Shown: positions 47,155 to 59,268 of the stretch, piece by piece | How the letters are laid out: every line of letters starts with the position of its first letter | Numbering within the stretch: the first letter of the stretch is position 1 | DNA from: Fistulifera solaris | Lineage: Eukaryota | Direction: 5' to 3' | NCBI GenBank assembly: GCA_030295235.1 | Contig: AP026125.1 | Coordinates: forward strand, 620,001 to 684,000 | DNA length: 64,000 nt | Program-made: the position numbers and the translations under genes | The notes under the pieces: generated by a model | The model's input: the letters and a program-made list of their open reading frames with translations, nothing else | Databases searched by the model: none | What the model was told of the DNA's origin: nothing

Positions 47155-49712
47155 ATGGAGACAACAAAACCAAAGAGAATACGCTTCTACGAACAGCTTG
47201 GTGCTCCGTCCTTGCTATTTCGAAATGGAGACGCTTGCAACGTTGATGTTGACTTTGTGAGCGATGACTTTGGTCCGTCCGTGATCGAAGATTTTTGGGA
47301 AGAGCGAGAGCGACGTTCACGAGCTCAAGCTTGTTTTTATTACAAGATTGAGCAGCCCAAATTGAAAGTGGACTTAAGAGCTAGATCAAAAGTGATTGCG
47401 AAACAACGGAAACGTAAGAACGCGCATCGTCATATGAGTTTTTGGATGAAAGAGGGCTCGGAACATCTTACATTCGACAAGCCGCACCCTGCGAAAGAAG
47501 TCAATCACTTCAAAACTAAACTATCCACGGCACAAGTATTTGAGTCAGCTTACTTACGTTCACATTTGATAGCCTACAAGCCGTCAACAAGTCGGGGCAT
47601 TCGTCGACCCATGGTAGAATTTTCAACATTTATGGCGACACTGCGTCGCGATCATGGCGATCCCAACTACATGGCTCCGTTTCCAAAAGAAGAAGATTAC
47701 CAATTGATGAATACTAAAGAATTGAAAAGAGCAAAGCATCGGCGTCTGTATTCGCATCCTTTTGGAGAGAACCATCCCAATCGACCGTCACTCTACGGAA
47801 ACTGCTTGATTTGTTTCCACTGTGTTTGTTCGCGCTGCAACGGACAAAAGGACCCGACAATTTGCCTTCTTCATCCAGTAGGAGAAGAATGCGATAAGCT
47901 GCGTTTGTCCTTCATTTCCTTACCCCACGGACCTCGGAGAGAAAACGCGCCGGAAACAACGGAAGATGGCCCTGACATGCAGCTAAATCTGGGCGAATCG
48001 ATCCGTCAGCTTCGACAATGTGGCAGTGAAACTTTCATGGCGCGTACAGCGTTATTCTGTGTCTTCTTTCGTGTGAGCTTGGACGAACAGGAAACCCATG
48101 GTAATTTGGTATGCGGTAGTTGCTACAAGCTTTCCTTACTACACAAAGTCGACCTTCGCACCCTCTCAAAGTTCGCTCCCTCCTATATCCCTGCCAGCAT
48201 ATCGTGTCATCCCAAGTATGGTCTGAATTTTTCAAATCCGAGGAGTGCTATTCTGTCTGTTTGCCAGAAAACGGGTGATCGTGTAACGGTATACCTGGCT
48301 CAATGCGATGATCAAGAGGTCCCCATTACGAAACATCGATTCAACAATCTGCACGATATCTCTTATATCGAATTCACAATGAACCATCCAATGGTTCTCT
48401 GGTCCGCTGCTCGGTCCCACATTCATCCAATTACGAAAGTCAGTATCGATTCCCAAGATCATCAGTTTGGTTTCGGCAACGGACTTTTTTGTTTAGATGC
48501 ACGATCGCAACAAGCTATCTTTCAGTGGAGTCCCAGTCGGGAAGAATTTGTTGCGGAAGGTGTACACGGCTTATCGGGTATCCACGTCGATGAGAAAATG
48601 CCCTATTCTCTTTGGGTGTCATCTTTTCCGCCGGAAAAGTCTGGGAGATTGATTCGAGAATGCCTTCCACGCCTGTAACAACATGGTCACTGGCACATGC
48701 CTGCAATGGTTTGGGGGCTGTCTTACCACCAACAGGTCTGTATGGAGCCGGGCATTTGTTCTCGCGACCAATCGTAAGCAGCTTTTATGAGAATCAGAAA
48801 CAGGCGCAATTTCAGCCACTTTTGAGCGTAAGCCAAGACCCTGGCGCATTTTCTCTAAACGTTTATCAGCGACCCTTCTCGAGACCACGCTTCGCAACAC
48901 GGCCTGTTGAATGTACACCCGATCCGAATCTCTCTCGAATGAAAGGACTGAATGTCGCTTCCAGTTCGATGTTTTCACTGCCCGAAAGATCAGACAAGGT
49001 GTTTGTGACTGGGTTAGTTTCATTTGACGTGTCGCCGACAAGATTACTTACCGTTGCAGATCTCGTGCGTATCGGCTATGCAGATGAGAATGAGATTGAT
49101 GCTTTCTGTGCCGTAACTATGAACAATCAAGGAGATTTGCACATGTATACGGTAATGGACGGTCGAGAGAGGGAATGTTCATTGGGAATGAAAGCTGACT
49201 CTCCCGTCGGCGGGGGTTTCATCGCGTTGCCACAGCAAGTAGATGCTGTGAATCAAAATGATAGCGTGGCCTCGCATACCCTAGTTGTTCGGCTTGGTAA
49301 CGATTCTCCAGATCCAGTCAGTGCTTTTGCATTACCGACAATTACCCATGATATGCGTTCCCTAGCCAAATCATGCGAAAAATTAGGATCGTTTTCTATG
49401 CCATCACAAGAAGCCGTGACGTTGGAAGAGCAAGAGCCGGACGGCCATTTGTTCTGCAAGAACGAGAACATGCTTTTTTCTTTTGTTGTCGTCGACCAAT
49501 CGAAACAACCCTCAGCTCTGCAATCACCACCGCAAACAATCAGTGACGGGAACTCTGAGATGAAAAGCATGGAAGAAAATTTTTTTCTTCCATTTCGATT
49601 GCAAGACTTCGATGAAAAGGATGTGCGATCAAGATCGGACATGAGCTTTGAGGCGGTTGAAAAGGTCTCCGACGTGCTACGAAATTGGGGTGACTACGAA
49701 GGCAATGACTGA
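47155..49712 (+). CDS. Hypothetical protein (~850 aa); frameshift near 48625
   Basis: Two long overlapping ORFs (507 and 366 aa); no family recognised. Confidence 0.6.
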
Positions 49713-49767
49713 TAATTATACGGAGTGTATATTGAAAATAACATAGAAAAGATTACTGTCATGCAAA

Positions 49768-52190
49768 TTAATGCGAGGATATATCTAAGCACGTTGCAGC
49801 CAATTCAATACTTCGAGCGACATGCGCAATAGAATAGCGATTATCAAGTCCAAGGACATACTGCAATAGCTCCAAGCGGAGACAGGGAGAATGCATCCTC
49901 TGCACCATCATGTGAATTGCTTGCAAGAATCTGATATCAGTAAAGTCCGTCGCTGAGACAGCGTCACGAAGCTGTTGGGCAAAGGCTCTTCTATTTGCTA
50001 TTGCTTTGTTGCTGACAAAAGCCATGAAGCTGCTGTTTTGTGCCGTATTTATCTTGAGATCTCCCTGAGCTGCTACAAGATCATACCAGGACGCCAAGCG
50101 AAAAGCGACACTCTGTTCTCCATAGTTGACCCATTCTTCGACTGCATTAACGCTCTCTTCAACACGCTTCTTTGCACTCCCATCCTGCATTGCCCGAAGG
50201 ACCTGAGCAGCGCCCAAGACTGCCAATAGCCCGTCCGAGTTTGTAGCACTTCTGAGACGGTCTGTATCGAGAGGAGGTGGGGAGGTGGCTCTGGAAGCCC
50301 GGTAGAGGCAATGTCTTGTTTGGAAGCATTTGCAGCGATCTTTGCATCCTTCTCAATGAGCTCGCCATCTTTGATCAGGGACTGTTTCTGTTTCAATACA
50401 CTTTCCAGCTTCATTACCTGTTTTGTGCCCCTATAAGATGCTTCACTGAAATCATCTTTTTCTTCATCCCGGCATCTTTGTGATGCCACTAGACTATAAA
50501 GAATCAACAGTTGACGCGATGTGTGGTAATCACCAGCTCGCAGCGCTGACGCCAGTCCTTCGTTAACGAAATCTTGCAACATATGGCTGCTTCCGCTGTC
50601 CACGCTGGATTCATCATTGTTGATTTTACGGTCGATAGACATAACGTGCTTGAGAATACTTGCGACCGATTCATCGGTTGCGCCGAAGCTCACCTGCAAT
50701 GTGCGACAGTTCCTCGGGAGTCAGAATACTTTGAATGTCTTCGTCCAGATCTAATAGCTCATCCACTTTCTGCTGGAATGCGCTATTGTCTGTGCAATCA
50801 ATCGTAGTTTTATGCGCTATTGTCGTGTTTTGAAAAGGATTCAGGTTTCGTGCTGCCACTTTCCAGAGCTCATGTTGCAAGCTCGATGTCAGCACTTTAA
50901 CACCCTCCTCAGGAGTAATGAGCAAAAGAGGAATATTTTTGAAATGCTGCTCGCCTAAGACATGCATCAATCGAGCCCTAGTGCGGAGCAAGGTGATCAA
51001 ATCCCCATACGTGGCTGTACGTACAAACAATGCAATAGGTAAACCAACACCTCGGTCGAAGGAGCGTATGGCATCTGGAAAGCGTCCCGTACAGTCCCTT
51101 CCATTGACTAGCCTTCCAACTCCTCCTATCCGTACATAGACCTCGTTGTATGGAATTTGGTTTAGTCCGGAAACCTTTCGGAACCCGACGGTGTATTCAT
51201 CTTTTGTCAGATACTCGTCGTTGTACTCACGCAGCCTCGACAGGGAGACCAAAGCTTCTCTTCTTCCATTGATGAGTTTGCCACGACCATCAATGTTGAA
51301 CTCAGTCTTCGCCGAGTACCCCGACGGCCAAGCCCACGTTTCGGTTTTCGTGGCGACGGAATTTTCCGTCTCCCCCTTCGGGAAACGAGTCCGGTAAAGC
51401 AAATACGACGCCTACCGGATACGAGACCGGTGATCCGTAGCAGCGCATCTTTTTCGCGCCTCTCGGCAATAAGGATGTGCTTGTAACAAAACTGTTGAAG
51501 GGATGAGTCTCGTCTGGTGGTTGGTCCTCGTGTTCATTGGGAGCCCTGGTCCTCGATTTTTGATAATGACAGAATCGATGCAGAAAATCCGTCCAGTCGG
51601 TACCCTTGAGCGTTTTGACGACACATTGTTGCTTTTCAAACAGATCCACAACTTCTCGTTCCGCTTCAGTCCAGTCGGCGTTTTCCCTTGATTCCTTCAA
51701 TGGCGTAAATTCATCGTTCGGTCCGAAGTCCAGACCGGGCAGGGGTTCAATGTGAGGTCTGTAACCGCATATTTGACTTTCCGGAATCCCTGCTTCCGAG
51801 GGAAGAACCGTATCATTGGGATCCAGTATTTCTGTAGCGATGATCCCGATTGTCTCGGCTTGGTCAATTTGTTTTCCGTCTTTCAGGGCCACCAGTGGCT
51901 TGTGAGGCAAGGGTGATGTGAAATGATCGTTCACGGATGCATCCGAGTTCATTCGCTTGTTCTTATCACCCACAGCACGTCTCAAATGGTCACGGAAGAC
52001 AATAGAACGGGCCGATTCATGATACACAAGGACAGGTTGCTCGAGCCGACGCCCTGCATTGGAATATCCCGAGTGACTTCCTTCGTCGGAAGAGAACGAA
52101 GCACTCCCGCGCAGCGCGCTGTGTTGGGACCGATAGCGACATGGTTCGTCAGCACTCGTAGGGCTAATGTTGGTGGAAGCACTTGTCGTT
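49768..52190 (-). CDS. Hypothetical protein split over four frames; start uncertain
   Basis: Abutting ORFs 51302-52027, 50671-51402, 50073-50699 and 49768-50226. Confidence 0.55.
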
Positions 52191-52391
52191 CACTGTTGTA
52201 GTTCTCTATGATACTTTGTTGAGTGTTGCTTCTATTGAAAAGATTTTTCTGTGAATGATTAGCGACATCAAAGCGAACAGTTGGACGGATACCGATGTCA
52301 AGAAAATGGACCGAGGAACGCTTCTGCGTTGCTTCTCGATCCTACTTCCACTTCCACTATAAAAGTTTCTTTCATTTTCACGTCGGAAAAC

Positions 52392-52460
52392 GACGTTAAA
52401 ATTCTGCCTCGCCGTAGGTTCTACGTAGCAAATTGTACTGAGAGGCAGAATTTTAACGCC
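52392..52460. mobile_element. 69-bp hairpin element, copy 2
   Basis: gacgttaaaattctgcctcgccgtagg...gaggcagaattttaacg, nearly identical to 24542-24610. Confidence 0.75.
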
Positions 52461-52467
52461 CTCTCCG

Positions 52468-54030
52468 AAATCCGAGGATCGACACATTGAATTTCCACTA
52501 TGAAACGGAGAGTTGGTTTACGCCAGCCAAGACTGGATTGTACATGAGTCATGAGTCATGAACCGAACGACAAAGGATTCCGTTTTGCGTCGCTCGCATC
52601 CGTCCATTGTCATTCAGCTGCGAATTTAATTATGATTGCTGGTAGCTAAAGCTGCAACAATGATGATTCTGAACGACTTGTTAAGAGTTTCTTTGATTTT
52701 CATGTCGAAAAACCGAGGATCGACACCTTGAATTTCCACTATGAAACGGAGTGTTGGTTTACGCCAGCCAAGACTGGATTGTACAGTAGCCATGAGTCAT
52801 GAGTCATGAGCCGAACAACAAAGGGTTCCGTTTCGCGTCTCTCGCATCCGTCCATTGTCATTCAGCTGCGAATTTAATTATGATTGCTGGTAGCTAAAGT
52901 TGCAACAATGATGATTCTGAACGACTTGTTAAGAGTTTCTTTGATTTTCACGTCGAAAATCCGAGGATCGACACCTTGAATTTCCACTATGAAACGGAGA
53001 GTTGGTTTACGCCAGCCAAGACTGGATTGTACAGTAGCCATGAGTCATGAGTCATGAGCCGAACAACAAAGGGTTCCGTTTTGCGTCTCTCGCATCCGTC
53101 CATTGTCATTCAGCAGCGAATTTAATTATGATTGCTGGTAGCTAAAAATGCAACAATGATGATTCTGAACGACTTGTTAAGAGTTTCTTTGATTTTCACG
53201 TCGAAAATCCGAGGATCGACACCTTGAATTTCCACTATGAAACGGAGAGTTGGTTTACGCCAGCCAAGACTGGATTGTACAGTAGTCATGAGTCATGAGT
53301 CATGAACCGAACGACAAAGGATTCCGTTTTGCGTCGCTCGCATCCGTCCATTGTCATTCAGCTGCGAATTTAATTATGATTGCTGGTAGCTAAAGTTGCA
53401 ACAATGATGATTCTGAACGACTTGTTAAGAGTTTCTTTGATTTTCATGTCGACAATCCGAGGATCGACACCTTGAATTTCCACTATGAAACGGAGTCTTG
53501 GTTTACGCCAGCCAAGACTGGATTGTACAGAAGCCATGAGTCATGAGTCATGAGCCGAACAACAAAGGGTTCCGTTTCGCGTCTCTCGCATCCGTCCATT
53601 GTCATTCAGCTGCGAATTTAATTATGATTGCTGGTAGCTAAAAATGCAACAATGATGATTCTGAACGACTTGTTAAGAGTTTCTTTGATTTTCACGTCGA
53701 AAATCCGAGGATCGACACCTTGAATTTCCACTATGAAACGGAGAGTTGGTTTACGCCAGCCAAGACTGGATTGTACAGAAGCCATGAGTCATGAGTCATG
53801 AGCCGAACAACAAAGGGTTCCGTTTTGCGTCTCTCGCATCCGTCCATTGTCATTCAGCTGCGAATTTAATTATGATTGCTGGTAGCTAAAGTTGCAACAA
53901 TGATGATTCTGAACGACTTGTTAAGAGTTTCTTTGATTTTCACGTCGAAAATCCGAGGATCGACACCTTGAATTTCCACTATGAAACGGAGTGTTGGTTT
54001 ACGCCAGCCAAGACTGGCTTGTACAGTCAA
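52468..54030. repeat. Tandem array of a 248-bp unit, ~6.3 copies
   Basis: ccgaggatcgacac at 52472, 52713, 52961, 53209, 53457, 53705 and 53953. Confidence 0.97.
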
Positions 54031-54406
54031 CCTTAGTCATGAACAAAAGTTTCGGACTTCGGACTTCGGAGCGGCGGACGGAATGCGATCCCTCAAGTGA
54101 CGTCACGCTCTTTTCCCGCGAAATTTTATACGGAGTACTCCGTACCAAAAATATGCTCCGTAATAAACACGTAGTAATGATGTCAAGAGCATGACCGCAA
54201 AGCAATATGTTGTTGACGCTGTCAACCGAATAGAGACTACGGAGTATTTGTTTTCAGAATACAATGAGAAGACAACATAATAGCGATGACGGAAGAGACT
54301 GCTGGAAGACTGCACGTGAGCGCAATCGAATTAAAGCTCGTTTTGAAATCCGAAAAGAGTCGGAGAGCGTCAACTCACTATTTCCAACGATTACAATCAA
54401 GAGCTT

Positions 54407-56130
54407 ATGCACCAGATCTTGTTCCGTATTGTCAGAGGAGATCGCTCGTTTTTCTCCCTGAAATCTCTTTTTGATAATATAACTATTTTGTCCTCGCCGA
54501 TTCCTGTCGATCATTGTCTACGGAACGCACAGGGCGGGATTCTCATGGAGACTATGATTCACAGCCGAATCGGATTCGACCGGTTACAAGCCTTGAAACA
54601 GAGGCTCGAAAAGCGAGAGACGTGCACATTTATGGAGTATGCTGCTTGGATTGGACGCTCCAGTATCATAGGGAGCATGATGGAAGGAGGAATCAATCCG
54701 TGTCTACGAGGTTCGCTGCGAGGAAACACTGCCACAAACGGAGCATGCAACAAAGAACTACTGGATATAGGAACCGAGGCCCTCAAAAAGTTTTTGCTAG
54801 CCGTTCCTTTGTCTTTATCGACCCATGTTGTGCAACGCGTTGTTGATATGCGGGTGCTGGAGCCGGTGCAAAGATCGGTGTGTGCTATCTGTGATAAAGA
54901 AAGCTCTCCAGATGATCTACTATGCTATGGAACTCCTTGTTTTCACCTATTTTGCGAGACTTGTTTCTGGAAGGATCTACTGGCTAGAATATTCTTACCT
55001 TCGACTACAAAAGTCGTGATCTGTCCTGTGTGTTCTATACAGGAATCACCGTCTTGCTCTATGACAAGGAGCGACCCACAAACGTGTTGCAAGGAGAGTC
55101 TTGATCTTTATCTGTCGCTTCCTTCTGGAAGTAAAGACATTCAAACCGCAAAGAAAGGAAAAGGGAAAATCAGAGATGACACATATGCCAGCGAATCATG
55201 GTCTATAGCTGTCGCACCTTCTCTAGGTTATACGCAAGCCGTTCGGAGAGACAAGTTTTTCACTCATGTAGAGAGAGGATCATTTCATTTCGTAAAAGGT
55301 TGCATAGACCGTGGTATTGATTTAAATCTTCGCAACGAATACGGACAAACTGCTCTTTTCATTTCCGCATGGTATGGTTACCTTGAAATTGTTCAGCTGC
55401 TATTGCAAAGTGGCGCGGATCCGTCAGTTGCTTGCAATGCAGGAATCACGCCTTGGCAAGTTGCTAAACGTTGCAATCATCAGCAAATACGTGATCTACT
55501 TGCAGAATGTAGCTGTGGGTCGTTTACTTTTCACGAAGAGGTCTTTCCGAAGCCTTTGAGCTTTGAATTGTTGACGCTGATCGACACTACAGTCGACCAC
55601 CCCGGGGCCGGATCCTTCTTTATCGACAGAGCAATTGATAATACAGTCGCTGATAAGTTGGTAGAACTTTGGCAGATGCTTCCTGTCGTCGAATCTTTGA
55701 CGAAAAAAGCAATGGGCAAGCCATGCTCTGTTCGAAGTTATTTTTGTGATTCGCTCGGTTGGATATCAAACTTACTTGCCGACGCCTTAAACCAAACGCT
55801 CGAAGACAAAGAGATCTGTGTCTTTCCGCACATGCGGTATCTCTGCTATAGAGACAAGGGATCTGTTTGGCACGACATGTTGATCTGAATCGACAACATC
55901 CTTGCCAAAACATTCGCAGCACGCATTCCTTCCTCCTATATCTGTTTGATTGCGACGAAGGAGGTGAAACGACATTACTTCAGGATCTCTCCCGTGACGA
56001 GATCGCCCTAACCAGTGTAAAGCCCAGAAAGTCGCGTTTACTTTGTTTCCCCCACGCATGTCCGCACAAGGGCGAAGAAACCGTAGATCTCCCCAAGCTT
56101 CTTATTCGTGGTGAAGTTAGTATCGTGTGA
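54407..56130 (+). CDS. RING finger + ankyrin repeats + 2OG-Fe(II) oxygenase protein; frameshift near 55867; start uncertain
   Basis: CAIC..PCFHLFCETC..CPVC; NEYGQTALFISAWYGYLEIVQLLLQSGADP; MRYLCY..RHVD..FLLYL..GGET..FPHACPHKG..K..R. Confidence 0.8.
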
Positions 56131-56237
56131 CAAGCGCTGGATTTCGTCTACGCTTTCTTTCAAGATTTCAGCCACCTTAATGTGCTCAAAAATTCTTTTA
56201 GAAAATAGAATGAAAAGGAGTTTAGCTTGTCTAAATA

Positions 56238-58130
56238 TCATTCGCAAAATTTACCCCTTATCCGGTTGAAGGCACAAAATTGTACTACTTCGCAACCAAA
56301 GGCACAATTGTCGCACCAATAACAATACCGACCACAAGACCGACAGCTATCCCTGTTGCAAGCACTGCAATAGTGCTCAGTCTGACTTCGCTGGCGTGAC
56401 GCCAAGGAATACCCCCACGCATGACAACTTGTGGGGGAACTTTTGGACAGCAGGGGAACAGCCTCTTGGTGAGACAAATAGCTTTCAGAATTCTCTGGGA
56501 GTATTTCACCAGCCTCCAAAGAGCCGTAATTTACAAGGGAATCCCTTGGTAAAGATACTTGGCGTCGAACCTGCAAGGGCGAGACGTTCATCCCACCTTT
56601 CGGTGACCACGTACCCGTTGTAAGGTCTGCGTCAACGTGCATCGGTGACCCAGGGGCAACAATACGGATCTCGTCAATTTCATGGGGCCCTTCCGTCGTG
56701 ACCGATCGGATATCGAGTCTCAACGCATCAGCGGTAATGTCCTCTTGCTCGGCAAAATCTTTTTGTTCGGATCGTGGCGATAAATCGGCTCCAAAGTGGT
56801 ATGATGAATTCAATTGATTATCCATGGCTCCATCTCCTCTCGCAGAAATACTTGAGTATGGATTTGCTTTTCGCGTGTCACTCGAACTTGGTGACAGCTG
56901 CGCGAGCGGAGAAGGAATCTTAATGGCTTCTAGACCTTCAAAACTTCGTTGATCAGAATGACGATCAAGCTCATGAAAGGTATTTATATTCTGGATCCCA
57001 CTTAAGAGGGATGTTGTTACCGACTCGTCCTGTGCAGTTGTAGGCGTGTCCACACTCTCTAAACCATATCGCGCATGCTGTAGACCACCAAAGTCGGCGA
57101 GTTCTCCTATCTCAGAAAGCGTCTCCTCTCGTTCAGAAGGAGGCGCATTTCCAATACTAGCTTCATCAATTGCTGCTAGTTCTTCCATATCAGCTTCTGT
57201 AAGACGTAGCAAGCGAGGTTCGTGGTGCGTGTGACTGTTTGTTGATGAAGCTACGTCACTTATAAGATCATGATCGTCCACAGAGTTTTCCCTAGAAATA
57301 GTGTTCTCTTGATGAACTTCCGCCATAGTCGACAATGAGGGTTTCTCCGAGGCGTTAGTATAATCGTCGAATGACGGCATCAAGAGGGTAGCCGAAGATT
57401 GCGGAGGTGTTTCATCGGTAGGTCGATCGACATCCAAAGATACGTTTCGATCTATTTCCCCGTTTGTTGCTGCAATAGTAGCCTCCGGCATCAAGGGCTC
57501 GTTTAAGAAGCGTTCCATGAGAACACCTTGTTCGGGCGTTTCCTTACTATCCGTTGGTTTTACCTCTGGATCAAACGAAGTGCTATTTCTAAGAAAACGT
57601 TCCATGTTGAAACCGAGACGAGACTCATCTAAGTTTTCTTCGTCAGGATGAGCCACGATACTCTCTTCGCCCAATGTATCCGTAACACTGCCATTCTCGC
57701 GAGAACTTTCCATCGTCGACTGGTGCAGCATGTCCGCATTGACACGAATCAGATCATTGTCCATTATTTCCGTATCCACATCTTCTTGCTCGACATTGTT
57801 TAAAGCAAATTGTCGTTTCAGACGGGCCCGTTCGGTTTCAATACGTCGTTCTCGTTCCCTCATAACTAACTTCTCTTTCAAAGTAAGGGGCCTCTGGCTA
57901 GGGGGCTGTGGCGGTCCACCGTCCTGTTCCTCGACAACCGATTCCATCATGCGCAGCGAATCGTCGTGTCCTAAATGCACCAAAGTTTCGTCCGTTTCCA
58001 CTTGCCGGCTCCAATCATCATCGTCCTCGTGACTAACGCTGTTAATTGAACTTCCGACGCGCTCATTATTTTCGACATTCAAATGGTTCTCGTTCGCGTT
58101 ATCCTGGTTGGCATCGTCGACCGTATCCAT
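56238..58130 (-). CDS. Hypothetical acidic, likely disordered protein with a probable C-terminal TM helix in a shifted frame (stop probably at 56285)
   Basis: 630-aa ORF; alternative frame 56285-56509 gives IAVLATGIAVGLVVGIVIGATIV. Confidence 0.6.
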   Translation of the reverse strand: MDTVDDANQDNANENHLNVENNERVGSSINSVSHEDDDDWSRQVETDETLVHLGHDDSLRMMESVVEEQDGGPPQPPSQRPLTLKEKLVMRERERRIETERARLKRQFALNNVEQEDVDTEIMDNDLIRVNADMLHQSTMESSRENGSVTDTLGEESIVAHPDEENLDESRLGFNMERFLRNSTSFDPEVKPTDSKETPEQGVLMERFLNEPLMPEATIAATNGEIDRNVSLDVDRPTDETPPQSSATLLMPSFDDYTNASEKPSLSTMAEVHQENTISRENSVDDHDLISDVASSTNSHTHHEPRLLRLTEADMEELAAIDEASIGNAPPSEREETLSEIGELADFGGLQHARYGLESVDTPTTAQDESVTTSLLSGIQNINTFHELDRHSDQRSFEGLEAIKIPSPLAQLSPSSSDTRKANPYSSISARGDGAMDNQLNSSYHFGADLSPRSEQKDFAEQEDITADALRLDIRSVTTEGPHEIDEIRIVAPGSPMHVDADLTTGTWSPKGGMNVSPLQVRRQVSLPRDSLVNYGSLEAGEILPENSESYLSHQEAVPLLSKSSPTSCHAWGYSLASRQRSQTEHYCSACNRDSCRSCGRYCYWCDNCAFGCEVVQFCAFNRIRGKFCE

Positions 58131-58487
58131 CCTTATTTTCCACAGAAAATGACACCCTGCGGTTGCAATAAACGAACAGCAATTCTATAGTCGCTTCTCA
58201 ATCCCGCTGTTGTATCAGAATCTTTACTACTTGTTAGGATTGCTTTTACCGTCGCTATCTTTCCTTACTTCGTGTTTTGACGATGTTCTGATGAAATGCT
58301 CAGCGCAGCTGCTCAAACAAAACGTGATTTTTTTACAAAAATCGTTATTCTCGATGTACAACTTGTTCGAATTTTACTTTTTTTCCGAAAATGCAAACTA
58401 CCAGTGTATCAATAAAATTTAAGGGTACTTCGTATCGTTTTTCATAAAAAGGTCATTTTTCACAAAGATCCTCTTGAATACCTGGTA

Positions 58488-59158
58488 TGCCCACATTTTC
58501 TGGACATGTAAAATATCACGTTCCCACATTTTCTGGGAGTGTGAAAACCCACATCCCCACATTTTCTGGTCATGTGAAAATACCACGTTCCCACATTTTC
58601 TGGAGATGTGAAAATATCACGTTCCCACATTTTCTGGATACGTGAAACCCACGTTCCCACATTTCCTGGATACGTGAAAACCCACATGCCCACATTTCCT
58701 GGACACACGTGAAAATTCACATCTCCACATTTTCTGGAGACGTAAAACCCACATGCCCACATTTTCTGGAGACGTGAAAACCCACATGCCCACATTTTCC
58801 CAACACGTGAAAACCCACATACTCACATTTTCTGGAGATGTGAAAACCCACATGCCCACATTTCCTGGACACACGTGAAAATACCACGTTCCCACATTTT
58901 CTGGAGATGTGATAATACCATTTTCCCACATTTTCTGGACACGTGAAAACCCGCGTTCCCACATTTTCTGGAGACGTGAAAATTCCACGTTCCCACATTT
59001 TCTGGACATGTGAAAATACCATTTTCCCACATTTTCTGGATACGTGAAAACCCGCGTGCCCGAATTTCCTGGACACGTGAAAATACCACCCTCCCACATT
59101 TTCTGGACACGTGAAAATATCAACTCCTCATATCACAGATTTTCTGGGGACGTGAAAC
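58488..59158. repeat. Minisatellite with a ~30-34 bp unit, ~20 copies
   Basis: Consensus cccacattttctggacacgtgaaaa(ta)ccac(g/a)t. Confidence 0.95.
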
Positions 59159-59268
59159 GTCGACGATGGACAGCACCAGAGAGATTTTGTTGCGCTTATC
59201 TTCTTTAGTCTATCTAAATCAAAGACCGAAACGATGCTATGTAATACGAAAAAGAAAGGCTGCTGATT

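Noticed and set aside
52655..52680. C/D snoRNA boxes (atgatga, ctga) in the 248-bp unit
   Set aside because: The boxes are adjacent with no guide region or terminal stem
58488..59158. CRISPR-like array of ~32-bp repeats
   Set aside because: Units are contiguous and degenerate with no unique spacers; the context is eukaryotic and there are no cas genes
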